A stretch of 64,000 bases of DNA from assembly GCA_045837725.1 (NCBI GenBank), contig JBEWZL010000152.1:62001-126000 (forward strand). Reading direction: 5' to 3'. Source of the DNA: Vermamoeba vermiformis. Lineage: Eukaryota. Each line of letters begins with the position of its first letter. Within the stretch, counting starts at the first letter, position 1. The position numbers were made by a program, and so were the translations under genes. The notes under the pieces are model-generated. The model had not been told where the DNA came from. It made no database searches and saw only the letters and a program-made list of their open reading frames with translations. Below, piece by piece: positions 21,818 through 35,300 of the stretch.

Positions 21818-24800
21818 TTAATGGTAAATGATGGAGATTAGAGCCACAACAAGCACGAGAATAGATCCACAAATGACAGAGCCACCAGACACAGCGTCTT
21901 CATTCTGAGTCTTAGCGCCGTCAATTTGAATTTGAGAGGTGAACTGCGAGCCTTGGCGCGACAATGTGCCTTGCAGGGCCATGCGCTTCTTGAACGGGTT
22001 CGGCGAGTTCGATGAAACAGGTGTGGGAAGGGCATTGGGCGTGGCACTCTCAGGCGTCCATTCAACTTCAACTATGGCGACAAAGTTGTACACGCCAGTC
22101 TCACCCTTGTTCAGTTTGAACAAAGTGTCTTCGTTCGAATCTGGAGCACTCACAGTGACGTCAATACTGAACCACGCTTGTGAGTTTGACTGGTGACCCC
22201 AAGTGAAGTTATTAACGGCACCGAGATACGTGACGCTGTCGTTAGTCAGCAAGAACTGACCGGGCACATTAGGACCGTAGTAATAAATCGCATTGAGCGT
22301 CACGCTAGAAATGTCAACTTCGTCCGAGTACGCGTTGATCAAGAAGTACGCAGGCCTAAAAAGAAGTTGGTTATGTTAGTAGCCAAAGCTAGTGTCATGA
22401 ATTAGAACGTACTCTCCGAGGTCAAATGATAGTGCTTGGCTCGTAAAAGTTGGGTCATTGTAGGCCTGAAGCCAGCCTTGAAGACCGATGTCCACGTATG
22501 CCTCGCCGCAAGTGGGTTGTGCAACGATCGTGGCAGTAAGGAAGGTATTTACAGGTGAGTTTTGAAGTTCTGCAGGACAGTTCTGTTGCGTGGAGCAGCC
22601 AATTGCCACGACCATTCGATACACACCAGAAATATAGCAAGCGTGGATATCAAGATCGACCACCAAGTGTTGCAAGCAGTAGCCAGTCTCGCTGCAGTTA
22701 CTGCCGACAATTCGAATTGACGCGTTGACGCCGTATGGCAACTCACTGATTTGAGCATCGACTACGATAAGAGGTGCAGGGACTGACGTGACGAACTCAA
22801 GTTGACCTGTCTGAGAAGCGACGTTGACAGTTTGACCGACAAAAGCTGCTTTGATTGGCACGCTGAAGACAGGAGCTGCAATGATTTCAACGCTGGATTC
22901 AACCTAATTATGCATTAGTATCAAAATGGCTGTTAATTACTAAAGTTTCAGACCAGGTCTGAAAAGTCTTACCGCAATAACTTTAGGCAAGCGAATAACA
23001 ATATTGAACGGCGTATCAACAACACGTTCCACAGTGTTGCCGTCAATTTCAATAAGATCAATGTGCTTGACGTGCATCTCGCCGCGATAAATGTCTTGAT
23101 CGATCTGAGACGACTTTGTGAATCCGCAAGTAGCAAAAGGAACGTTAACGATAAACTCGTCGTAGCATCCGCTGATAGTCTTAGTGTAATAGTCAGGGCT
23201 GTTGATCAAGTTGCACTCGGGATCGGGGAACTCAATGAGCGTTCTTCGGTTAGCAATGAACGAAGAGTAGACGTTCAAGCTCAATTTGTTTCTAGAAGCG
23301 TGCAAGTTGTAGATAGACGGCACAACGTAGTTCTCCATAGGTGTAGTTTGGTTCAATGGTTGACAGTAGTACGGAGGCGGGACGGAACATTCGTAGCGTG
23401 GATCGGCAAAATCGTTCATGAATCTGATTGGCAGGAGGTTAAGATCAAGTTTAAAAATCTATATATGTATAATCGTGTATCTAAGGGTCCGAAAGGATCT
23501 GAAACGCTTACCCCGAGTAGCAATTGCAATAGCCAGTACTTTCAACGAATCCACCCACGCAGGATGGTTCTGAGACAGGAGCAGAGACGGGCGATTGGAC
23601 GGGCGGTGAAATGGAGGTGAAAGGAACGACGGTGGAGGTCCAACGGTAGCCCGGTTCCAGATCTCCGCTCAAGTAGACGACAGTGGTCGCATCCGGTGTC
23701 ACAGTCAAGTTGCGAATAAGAACTGAGACGTTGAGAATTAATAATTATTAATTAAGGCGAATAAATAGTCACTTACGAGTCTCGCCATCGAGATAGGCGT
23801 TGATGTCAACTTGGTTTTGGAACGGGCAGGAAAAAAGTGGATGCACCAAACGACACTTGAGTATACACAATAGAAATGCCTTCGCTAATGGCAAGGGAGA
23901 TGCGAGAGCCGTAGCTAGATGCTAAGAAAAATCGGTCAATAATTCGAAGAAATTAAAGTGAAGCGGAAAAACTCACCAACTACGTTCACAACTTTGACTA
24001 GCGCTTGGCCTGCATACAAGGAGGGATTGGTGGGTTTCTCTGCGACGCCAAACAACATATAGGGCATTGTGACATTATTCGTGCTATTGTCTGTGGGACC
24101 AACGCCAATGAACGTGTAGCTTTGATTGTCTTCTAACGTAACATTTCTTGGAACAGTCAAACCTTCACCGGAGAATAAATCAACCAGAAAGACTGAGGTG
24201 GGTTGATTAAGTTGAATTCCAGGAAGGGGCAACGAAAAGTATTCGGTCATGGGCAAATCAGATCCGGTGCTGCTTAATGCTTCCAAACCAGGTACTGGGC
24301 CGAATGAAGATACAGCAAGACCGAGGGTCACATAGTCGTTCATTTGGGCATTGGCGAATCTGAGGCGAGATTGGCTCGTAGTTACAGGAGTGGCGCTGAT
24401 TGGCGTGCTGGCAACGGGTGTCTCAGGCGTTGTGGTGGCGCAAGAAAGACAGCTAGTGTTGCCTGGAGCAGCATAAACACCTTGCAATACGAGGTTATTG
24501 CAGTAGTCGTCTTCGTGGCAGATTTGGCAGCAGTCGTAGCAAGGAGGAAGCGGATTCGGTGAAATTGGCGGTGAAAATGGCGTTAGTTGGGGACAATCTG
24601 CGTCGGTTGTACAGGATTGCAGAAAGCAAGAGTAGTTAGCAGGAACGCCTCCACCCACCGCAGAAGTCTCGTACATTGGTATTTTTCTTAGGGCAAACAT
24701 TGATCCAAGCGTCGTAGGCGAGTTTGAGAGCAGAAGAACGTCCAATCCATAGTAGACCGGGTTGCTATTATAGGAGCAGATTTTAGTGGGTAACAAGCTT

Positions 24801-24947
24801 TGAAGTTCCGTAGAATTGCAAATTGGAGCGGTAGTAGGGATCACCAGCCTCAACACAAACGAAAGTTTGTGCGGATGCAAGAGCGGTTGCCAAGGCAAAA
24901 ACCACCAAAATTATAGGGCAAATATTTTTAGAGCCAGATGACCACAT
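21818..24947 (-). CDS. Cys-rich cell-surface protein: signal peptide, Cys-rich region, DUF4397-like domain, EGF-like module, ZP-like beta domains, KKR site and C-terminal hydrophobic anchor
   Basis: Signal IILVVFALATALASA, RLRFANA...LEDNQSYTFIGVG, CVGG....GYCNCYSG, VPFATCGF, FKKR, tail LVLVVALISII. One +1 frameshift near 24838. Confidence 0.65.
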
Positions 24948-26393
24948 AGTGTGCAGATCTGAAGGTTCGGTGTTGATCTGTTGTTTCTGTTTCTGCTAAA
25001 TAATGAGCGCACAAAAGTATAAAAGTCCGCCAACGCTCACAATGACGTTCAGTGAGACGAACCAATCAAATCGTTTTGCGTTTGTGAGCACGTGATGGGC
25101 AGGAATTACCAAGCATTTTTATTGCGCTGTCATAAGATTACGGCAAAATTAAAACAATATTTTTATAATACTCGATAATTAGCGATAAGACGTACCCGGC
25201 ATTGATTCTTCGTTTCCACAACCAAATGATTTACATTGTGCATCCGTTTCGTTTTGTCCTTGTACCTACGACTGCCGTAAAGCTACATATAATCAAAAAA
25301 TATTCGTGCATTGTTGTGCACGCATACGTGTGGCGTTGCAAAAAAGATTTGTTGGTCGGCAAAAGTTGCGCCACAAATTTTTTTAGTTTTAGGATCACAG
25401 TCCCAACGCGCAGCACAATCAAAAACGGGACTTCGTTCATTATGGGAGACTGTAATGCAGCGATGAATCAACCCTAACCCTAAAAGAGCTCACTTCCTAA
25501 AAGATGTTTAGTTTTGGATCGTTTTCATCTCTAATAAAAAAATGATCTGGTGGTTGTTGCTGCGTGTTGGAGCCATGGAGGGCTTGCTTGGTCGCAATAC
25601 GTCCCATATCAGTTTTAAACCCCCTAACCCTAAAGCTGGGGATCAGCCAGGCTGGATTTTGTTGGCGATGCGCGAGAGGTACTTCGGTACAAAGGCTTGC
25701 CTTGTTCTCTTGTGCTGTGTTCATCAATATTTGGCGTTGGCGAGACGGGCGAACTTTGAAGTGGTGCTGTGGTCCTCATCAAAAAAAACTGCAAAAAAAT
25801 TTAAATATTATATTTAATATTGGGATTGGTGGGGTTTCGCAAGCAAAAACATTTATTTTATTGTGGTGTCGGACAAAATATTTCTTTTTTAAATTTGTTT
25901 CAATGATCTCAAAGCAAGATCTTGCCCAGTTTGCCTAGTTCCAACGAACCTCCGTGGTTCTTGCCGAGTATTTGAGCTAGTCAAGCAACGTGGTTAACCA
26001 AAAGTGATGCGTTTGCTTGTTTTAAGCCCGTGGCGCGAAGTCCTCATTTTCCCGCGCAATTTTTCGGTTCATTCAAATTTGTTTCTCGCGTCGGACGACC
26101 TCAAGGCATTGCACATCGATTGTATATAATCGATCTTGCATAACAAAGTGGCAGTACGTAGTCAGTACCACAAATGAGCGTATCACACAATCATAAAGCT
26201 CATCAACTGCCGAGCAAACCAGCTGTGCTGAAAAATAAGCCAAAGGTATAATAATATGCACATAAAAATATAATTTAATTATCCCTTAGCTAGAGGTAAT
26301 TATTCCTAGCGTTACAATAGTAATTTTATTTTATCGATCTAATTTTATTTACATGACGCTTATTCACAGTCAATAATAAAATGTTATTTTTAG

Positions 26394-29300
26394 TTGGAGC
26401 TTGACCGAATTATCGGCAACACTATTCTTTCGAACTCTGGATTAGCGATCAACTCTCACACCGGCGACATTGCCTATGCAGCGGGCTGCGTCATTGTTAT
26501 TTACAACCCTAAACAGAACAAACAAGTCAAGTTTTTAATGGGCAAGAAAAATAAGGCTATTGGAAGCCTTTGTTTCTCGCCTAACGGAAAATACTTGGCC
26601 GCTGGCGAGGTAAATCCAACACGACTCAACAAACGAACCCTTTCGATTCTAATACTTGTTCATATTTAATAGGTCGGGTACCAACCCTTAGTTCTAGTCT
26701 TTGAATTGGCCACGAAACAGGTGATTGCTGAACTGAAAGGCCACAAGTTCGGTGTCAGCTGCGTTCAATTTTCTCCCAATAACAAGCTGTTGTGCTCTAT
26801 TGGCTTCGAACACGATGGTTTGGTTAATGTTTGGGAGTGGCGGTCGAGCACCTTAGTCTGCGGCAGCAAAGTCACATCCAAGGTAACCACTTATCGATAA
26901 TTTTATCTTTAGTTGCCTCAGATAAATATGCCGATGCTAATGGTATAATATAGGTTCATGCAGTATCATTTGCCGAGGATGGTAGCTACTTTGTAACCGC
27001 TGGTAACAAACACATTAAATTCTGGTACTTGGATCCGCAACTCGGGTTGAAATCATCAGCTGTAAGTCTTTCTGTCATTATATGCTAGTAATGAAAGTTA
27101 TTAATGCATACTTGCATATTAGGGTGCTAAAGCGAAGCTCGTCGAAAGCAAATCGGCTATTCTTGGATCGCACAAAGACAGGTACAAATACGCTCAAGAA
27201 AAAAATTCCTTCCTTAATTATTTTGCACTCTTTTCTGACCCATATAATATAGTGACTATTTCGACGTTGCTTGCGGTCGTGGAGCGAATAGCAACTTAGT
27301 CTTTACAGTGAACGACAAAGGTCACTTGTGCATCGTCAATCCAGTCTCGCGAGTAATGGAGAAGTGGATTGATATGCGCACCAACGGCAAGGCACGTTCA
27401 ATTAGCGTCAATGAGAAAGTGATTGCTTGTGGCTGCAACGATGGTGTTATTCGTTTGTTCTCGCCCGATAAGTTAGAATACATTGCTACCGTTCCTAAGC
27501 CTAACCCCCTCGGCCAAGACGTAAAGTAAGGTTGTTATTAGCGTACAATCGCTTCTCAATTAATCCTCAATTTTTTTATTAATTTTATTTTTGTAAAGGA
27601 TTTTGGATGAAAAAGGAGAAAGCCACGAGAGGTCTTCAGGCGAAAAGATCTATCCTGATACTATTGCCTGCAAGTTAAACGAAGACGGCACTAAGCTCAT
27701 CTCGGTCTACAGCAATAGAAGCATGTTCATTTGGGACATTAAGGATCCCTCGAAAGTACCAAAGTACCGTTCATCTTTGGCTCATAGCGGATGTATCTGG
27801 GATATTGCCCTTCCTCCCGTTCAAAATGCCGCCATGCCTGCTGGTACTTTCGTCACTTGTAGCGCAGATCACTCGATTAGATTTTGGAACGTGGATCCGA
27901 CGTACAACAACAAGTAAGCTCTATTTTACAAAAGAATACTGATTTACTTGCTATACTTGATATTTAATCGGTCTTTCATATTTAATGGATCGTTTTAATG
28001 TTTGTACTTTCCGGATGCGTACTAATTTTTGAAAATAGGAACGTTTATTCAAAGGAAATGGTCCAGTCTATCTCCGTAGTTAATGAAATCAAGGAACTCA
28101 AGCACGAGCATCAACTTGAAAGTATTCACGTTGGTGACGGAGGTATTCGTTGCCTTGCGTTCAGCTGGGACGGTAGACGTGTTGCTTCAGGAGATCGTAG
28201 CGGCAATCTTCGAGTGCACAGTACTGATTCACTGAAATGCGTTAGTTTCACTGAAGCTCATGACGCTGAAGTTCTCTCGTTGGATTATGCTCACGTAAAC
28301 GGTACGCATCCGCTCTTTTTTGTAGGAAAGAAGATTTATCATTCAATATATACCTATGCATTTACCAATATTTTATTGGTGGCAAGCTGATAGTTGTTTT
28401 TTTTTAGGCAAGGATCTGTTGGCTTCCGGAAGTCGAGATCGTCTCATTCATGTTTTTGAAAATACTCCGTCGAATGACGAATATACTCTCTTCTCTACTT
28501 TGGATGAGCACTCAGCTAGCATCACTAGCGTTAAGTTTGCTCAAGGCGGATCCAAGATCTTGAGTTCCGGTGCCGACAAATCCATTACTTTCAGCCAACG
28601 ACAAGTAAGCTAACCTTATTCATGTCGCAAGACATAATACTAATACTTATACTAGGACGATCATTTTGCTCGTTATCACGTTACTACAGTGCACGGCACT
28701 ATCTACGATACCCAGCTGGATCCGTCGGAAAAGCTACTTATTACAGCCGGACAAGAAAAGAAATTCAACATTTACGATATTGCCTCGAGCAAGCTTGTCA
28801 AGTCCATCAAGACAGATGCCGAGAGCGACGAAATTGTGCGCATAGAACTGGATCCATCAGGTCAATTCTTGGCTGCCAGCTCTCAAGACCGACACATTCG
28901 TGTTTATCACTTGGAAAGCGGTGAATTGATTTCAAATGTTAGCGGACACAGCGAATTGGTCACTGGCTTAAAGTTCTCCAGCGACTGCAGCCACTTGATT
29001 TCAGTTTCAGGTACGTAATGCATTTGTCGAATTATTGTTGGATCTGATCTAACTTTAACTTTCTAGGTGATGGCTGTATCTTCTTATGGAGATGGCCTGA
29101 CGACTTTTCTGAGTCTCTTCGTGCATCAGCAGCAGCTATCAAGCCTGCTCGAGCTACCCGAGCGTTCGCAGATCCGCGTACAGTGCTGAACAACACGAGC
29201 GCTCTTCCTGTTTGGGCTCGAAAGGCTCTAGGTGAGAACGTTGAAAGCACTTCAGAGCATACAGCCGTTGCACATCCTTCTGGAGAGTGGGCTAAGGTAA

Positions 29301-30723
29301 TGTAACGACGATTTCGCCGCTCGATCCGAAAATTTTATTGACTCGGTTTATTTAGCGCGCTGGAGATTTAACCATTGGCAGCAATGTATATAAACTAGAC
29401 GACAATCAAAAGTTGCCTTTGGAATCTTCAGAGTCAAAGCAAGATCCACATCCGGCTCAACAAACACAGCAACAACCCTACGCGGAGCCTGTGGAAGAAG
29501 AGGCCGTGTTTTTGGAAGACGAAGGTTCCAAGGAAGTTTCGCAGCAACAATTTGAAGTCACTGCAACTCAACAGCCCACGCCTCATGTTCCTCATCACGC
29601 TCATCACGGATCTCACAGCAGCAGTGCACATTCATCAGAACATTCCACACCCGTTGTGCCTCATCATGACAAGCATGCTAAGGACGGCCACCATTCATTG
29701 AATCAAAGCAAAGATGTTCCCGAGAACGACGTTATTGAAGATATCAACTTCGAAGAGGACCTCAACTCGTTTGCAGAGTTCATGCACGGACCAACCAAAT
29801 TGATGAAATCGAACTTTGAGAACTTGACCGAGAAGTTCTTGCCGACGCAGAAAGTCGATTCGACGCGATTAAGTTTGTCGTCGAAGCACTTGAACCAAGT
29901 CACGAAACAATTGGCCAAAGAGCGTCAACAACAAGGCAAGGCTAGTCCTGTCAAAGCGACGAAGCACGAAGCTGAAAACGCGCCCGAGAATTCTCAGAAT
30001 GTCAATGCCAACGATGACACGCAAAAGACAGATCAATCTGGTGCCACCAAACCGATCGATCGATCTGATTTGGACAAGATCAAAGAGCGCAAAGAACAAT
30101 TGGCACGTGAAGTCGAACAGACCCGCGTCAGATTGGAACAACTAGGCGCCTTAATTAAGCACCCAGCGCCCGTCCCCGTGCCCGAACAAACTCAACCTGT
30201 CACTTCTACTGACGCGGCAGTTGACGCGCAGAATGACACTTTAACTGGAGTTGATGACAGCGTCAAAGTTGACGGCGAAGAAGACGAGGTCGTGAATGTT
30301 GATGACGTGGATGGCGAGGACATTTACGACGAGTACGGCGAAGAGCAGATTGACGATGAGTTCCGCGAGTACGACCAGGCCTTGTTCAATTTGCAGTCTT
30401 CGTTCCGTGACGCCGTGCGATTGTTCCGCCGTTTGCAGCAACAACAGTTCGAGACTGGCGACGCTGACACGGCTGCAATGGTCGAGCGATATTATGACGC
30501 GTTTGGTGACATGAAGTTGTCACTGAACAGCGTCGTGTTGGACGATGGCGCGGTCAATTTGCAGTCAACGCTGTTGGAGCGCTATTCGGAGTTATTGCTC
30601 GCGACTGTTCGTGAAAAGTTAATTTCGGGCAATAATAATAACTCCGGTGCCAATAGTACTTCTGGATCGAACAATAACAATAATGAGTCGAGTCCTAGTC
30701 AAGATAATGATGCCTCGAAATAA
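26394..30723 (+). CDS. WD40-repeat protein, WDR62/MAPKBP1-like; true start probably slightly upstream
   Basis: [68 protein letters not shown], and C-terminal [16 protein letters not shown]. Confidence 0.85.
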
Positions 30724-30800
30724 TTGTACGTTACGAAATAGAAGAAATTCCTTGTATAAATAAAATAATATTTTAATAGAGGTCTTTTATTATGTTTTTG

Positions 30801-32209
30801 TTACTCAATAACATTTTCATTAGCTTTGGAGTACGCTTTGTATATATCCGATTCAAAAGCCTTGGCTAGCGCTGATTTTTCAATTAGATCCAAACAAACC
30901 AGCGAGTTAGGGATCTGACTTGCGTGCGCTTTCGTTTGATAAACAGAAGAGGCAGATTTGACTGTCTGGGAGGTTGGCATAGCACCGTGATCCAAAAGCA
31001 ATTGTACTAAGCGTGGATTTTGAAGTGAAACGGCAGCGTCGAGAGCGGTAGTTGGCCGTGGATCCCAACCTTCTGCCAATAAAATTTCAACGCAATTCAC
31101 CCATCCATTTCTAACAGCCGTCAAGCCAAAGCTATTTGAGTCCTTGGTTTGCAGTCAATATTGATTTCGGAGCAAATTTTACGAGTGCCAAGTGACCATC
31201 TTCGAAGACTTTATGCCAAAAGGAAAAATTATCTGGATTAAATCGCAAAATGGCACCTAATCCGCTTGTCTGTTGATGAAAAAGAAAATTGTCTACTAGT
31301 GAAGGATACTTCGATACAATGAGTTGTAGTAGATCTTCTGGCAGTTCCAGATCCTTATTGGCCAAGCAGTGGTAGTATTGAATGTCGCTGTTGGAAAATG
31401 CAATTTCCTCGATGATGACTTGCATGCATTTGTACGCTTTGTGTTTAGCTGCTAGGCTGAGCCACACCTTCGTTACGCCGACACTAACATAAAATTTAAC
31501 CCATATAATGAAATGAATGCATATTTAACTTACTTTTTATGGCATATTGATTTCATTAGCAAGAAATCGTCATAAATAAACAGCGGATCTGGTCGTTGAC
31601 AAAGCAGCTGGTAAGCTTTGTCGTAATAATCGCTGAGAGACAAGTAGTAAACCAATTTGCAAAATTCATAGCGAAAAGTACGCTCTTCTTGCTTAGTTTG
31701 TAAGTGCACAACAAAGCCGGATCCAAAAAGTGATGTACATAATTGATCTGCGTAGAGATGCACCAAGTGCTGTTCATTGAACTGATGGGCCAGACGCACT
31801 AATTGGAACAGTTGGTGACCAATTGTAACGGGGTCCTGAGAATACATATTGTGTTGTTTGCCCAGTAAATCTCGAATAAATCTTAGGATAACTGGAAGTG
31901 AATAACTGTGCAAGCAGATCCGCTTCGTATTTGATTCTTGAAATTGTCCTGCTAACATTGCTGCAAATACTTCATTTGTTAAAAGCGGTTCAATTGGAAA
32001 TTTTAATTCCCAGTCCTCTTCTTTATTGTAAAATGTTACTTCACCTGCAAAAATTAATAAAATTAATAAAATTGGAATAAATTGGTAATTAATCTGTATT
32101 ATTATTAGTAAAAATACGCAATGAGCTAGGGCATAGCGTAACGTCTTGCTGTAAAGTTACGTATTTTTTTTTTTAACAACCAAATTATAATTATACCATC
32201 AGTCGTCAT
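30801..32209 (-). CDS. BTB/POZ plus ankyrin-repeat protein; frameshifted near 31130-31175
   Basis: FAAMLAGQFQESNTKRI.L BTB core. Ankyrin motifs AVRNGWVNCVEILL and TTALDAAV....RLVQLLLDHGA. Start is approximate. Confidence 0.65.
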
Positions 32210-32333
32210 TCTTCGGATTAACGCGTGGAAAAGAATGAAAAAAATAAGGTACTACAATAATAATAAAAGCCACTCTTATCTCTCTTGTTCAGCTTCGAAA
32301 ATTTTGTCAATTTTTGACGAGCAATGTTTTATT

Positions 32334-35300
32334 TTACAACCAAGGCGCCCAACCAGGAAACATTTTGCACAATCTTTCAGGATCTTGAGCCTCGCAAATA
32401 AGTTGCTGAACTTGACCTTCGACCTAAGAAGCGAAAAAAAACAAATTTAGTTTGCGAAATTAAAACGGATCTGGGTCGGTCGAAACTTACACTTAGAGCC
32501 TCGCCTGATTCATAGCCTTGCAATTTTTGCTTCAATCTCAACAAGGTCTTTTCAGCGTCAGCGTTCACTTTGCCACCAGAGCTCGAGTTCGATACTGCCG
32601 GTGCATCTTCTTTGTCGTCAACATCTTGTTCAATGTCCGAGTCATCTCGTTGCAATCTCAACGCCTAAAAAGGGCAAGTTAATATCATATCGGAAATGTC
32701 AATGATGGGAACTATCTTTTGACACGTGTCACTGCCATTTTTTCACGTGTCATAGAATATCGAGCGTTATTTTTTGTACGTGCGGAAGTTTGACAGGTGT
32801 CATTTTGACATGCCAAAGAGGAGTTTGTCTGACACTTACTCTCAAGGGCGATAGCGTCCATTTGTACAAGGGATCGTGAATGAACACTTCTACGATGGTC
32901 AGCAATGACTCGTGTTGATCGCGCAACACTCTGAGTGTCTCTTCGCAGCACCGACGGAACACGCCTTCAACGCCTGTGATGCCCATACCATCGATAATGT
33001 CACGTGTCAGACGGAACGGAACAACTTCGGGTGTTTTGAGGGCTTTACCCTATTTAGTAAAGTGTTAAAATTGTTGCAAACAATGATACTCGTAATGATT
33101 TTACCTGTTCGAACGCGACACCAAGATCGATGTGAACAATTTCTGCGGAAGGAATGTGCAGTAGAATGTTTTGTGCGTGTCTAAATGAATCATTCATGAA
33201 TACTTCGTTCACTGAACGACGATTTGATTTCGATTTTACCTATCACCAAGACCGAGCATGTATCCAACGATTGAGTTCGTTGCGACTGAACGAGTGTAGG
33301 CCAAACGCTTTTCGAACCACTAAAAACGAGAGAAATTAGAGAGATTTCCTTTTTAGGAAAGTGAGTGAGGTTTAGGTACGTACTTCGTGAGGCTCCAGAT
33401 AGTGCTCTAAAAAGAAGTGATGGAAGACAGGATGAAATTTCTCCATGATGCTTTTGAATGCTGTCAACTTGTCACCTTCAGCGGCATTGGTCAATTCTTT
33501 TCTGCATTCCAAAGAGAACAGATCCGACGGTCTGTAGCGGTAATGTGCGCCGACTTTGGGATTTTGAATGGATCCGACTAAGTATGAACCAATAGGCATT
33601 GAATCCATAACCCATTCTAAGAGACCTGCGGCGGGTGTCATCGGAATAATTTTGTAGCCCTTAATGTTCAAGCGTCGTTTTCTGGTCTCAGGATTTTCTT
33701 TCAACAGCACATTGACCATTGAAAACATCTGTTGCATGACCGCATCTTGACGCATGTCATCGCGACCTTTGACAAGTTGTTTGTAGCGTTGACCGTCACT
33801 GCCTTCACATTCGATAATCTTCGGCAAGTTCAAGCCACCTTTGGAACAAAGTCAATTTTTGACACTTTTGACACGAGTTTTTGACATGTGAATAAGCGTC
33901 ACGTGTCATTTTTTGAATGTTTTTTGTGACTTACCAGCAAGGGTGAACTGCGGAACAAATCCTTTCACTGAAATCAATTGACCGCGCTAAATTAAGTAAT
34001 TAATAGCTGTTTCAGTGAACAATAATTCATGCAACGACATACCCAAGGAGCAGTAGGCACGTGGACGTTATTCAAGTTAGCAATAGCTTTCAGTTTGAGC
34101 TTCGTTGGGAATCGAATCGGCTTTGTTTCTTTCTTGTACGGCGTTGCATCGAAGAAGGCAAGTTCAATGTACGCTTCAATGAGCAGCTCGAGTTCGTTGA
34201 TGTTGTCTTTCAACTTGGACTTGCGCAGTTCTTCAATGATGTTGCGCGCTGCACCAATTTTATCCGCGTCATACACGAATCTAAAAATCACGTGGTTAAT
34301 AAATACGTCCATGCCTATTATGCACTGATCGACTGACTTCGAAATATTCCATAAAAGGAAATTTGTGCGGGACTTGGTTCATGAAATTGTTTCGTGAACG
34401 TACCTGTCACGGCCACGCTGATCAGGCCCGACTTTGTTGCCGTTAGATAGGGCAAAGATCTGATAGAGTGAATGATGCGGATGGTCCATCACGACCTTTT
34501 TGATCAATGTCGTTAAGATGTGTTGAAAGACGTTCTCTTGCGCGCTCATTCTTGAGGCAATTTGATAGAACAGCAACAAGAACTTGTGCGACGGGATCTT
34601 GTCAATGTACTTCTTCAAGAACTCGTTGATGGCTTCATTGTTCGGGTTATTAAACCAAAGTGAGCATAATCTGAACACTGCACGAATATCTGCAAAGATA
34701 ACGTTAGCAGTGAAACTTTGCAAAAATTCTTCAGTCACGTGATGGACTTACCATATTTGTCACCAGAGTACAAGCAATGAGCGTAGTTTGTAATCGCGTC
34801 TTGCAAAAATCTGACGCGATCTTCTTCGATGCGCTGAGACTCTTGTCGATCAGTCTCAACTTCCTTTTGCAGCAGTTTGATGTGTCTTTGCAACTCTTCG
34901 ACGGTCGTTTTGGGAATTTGACCTTGCTTCAAAAGCTTGATACATTGCTCTAATTCTTTTTCCTATACGAAGAAATTAGCTACATTGCCTTTTTTGGTAA
35001 AAACGTACCTTTCGTTTTCGCAACTGCTGACTGGCTTCCCATTCGCTAGATTTCAGCTTCGCAATCAAATTTTCGTACAAATTGTCTGCAAATCTAGCAA
35101 GCGTGAAATAACCTGAAAAAAATATGGCGTTAGTGCCGGCATCTCCTTATTAGGGAATTTATCAAAGCGGTTACCTTTTGACTTGTTTCGACCACATTCA
35201 TCGAACACTTTGACAGCACGCTTCAAATAATCTTCAATGATAATGTGTGAACTTTCAGACCGAGTCTGTGCAAGCCACCTGCCTGATATGGTAAGTGCCT

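Noticed and set aside
25470-25635. Telomere-like CCCTAACCCTAA snippets at ~25472 and ~25622
   Set aside because: Only two units each, too short to call an interstitial telomere or a telo-box with confidence.
32998-33009. TGTCACGTGTCA as another palindrome copy
   Set aside because: It lies in ATM coding sequence (LTRD) and is explained by codons.
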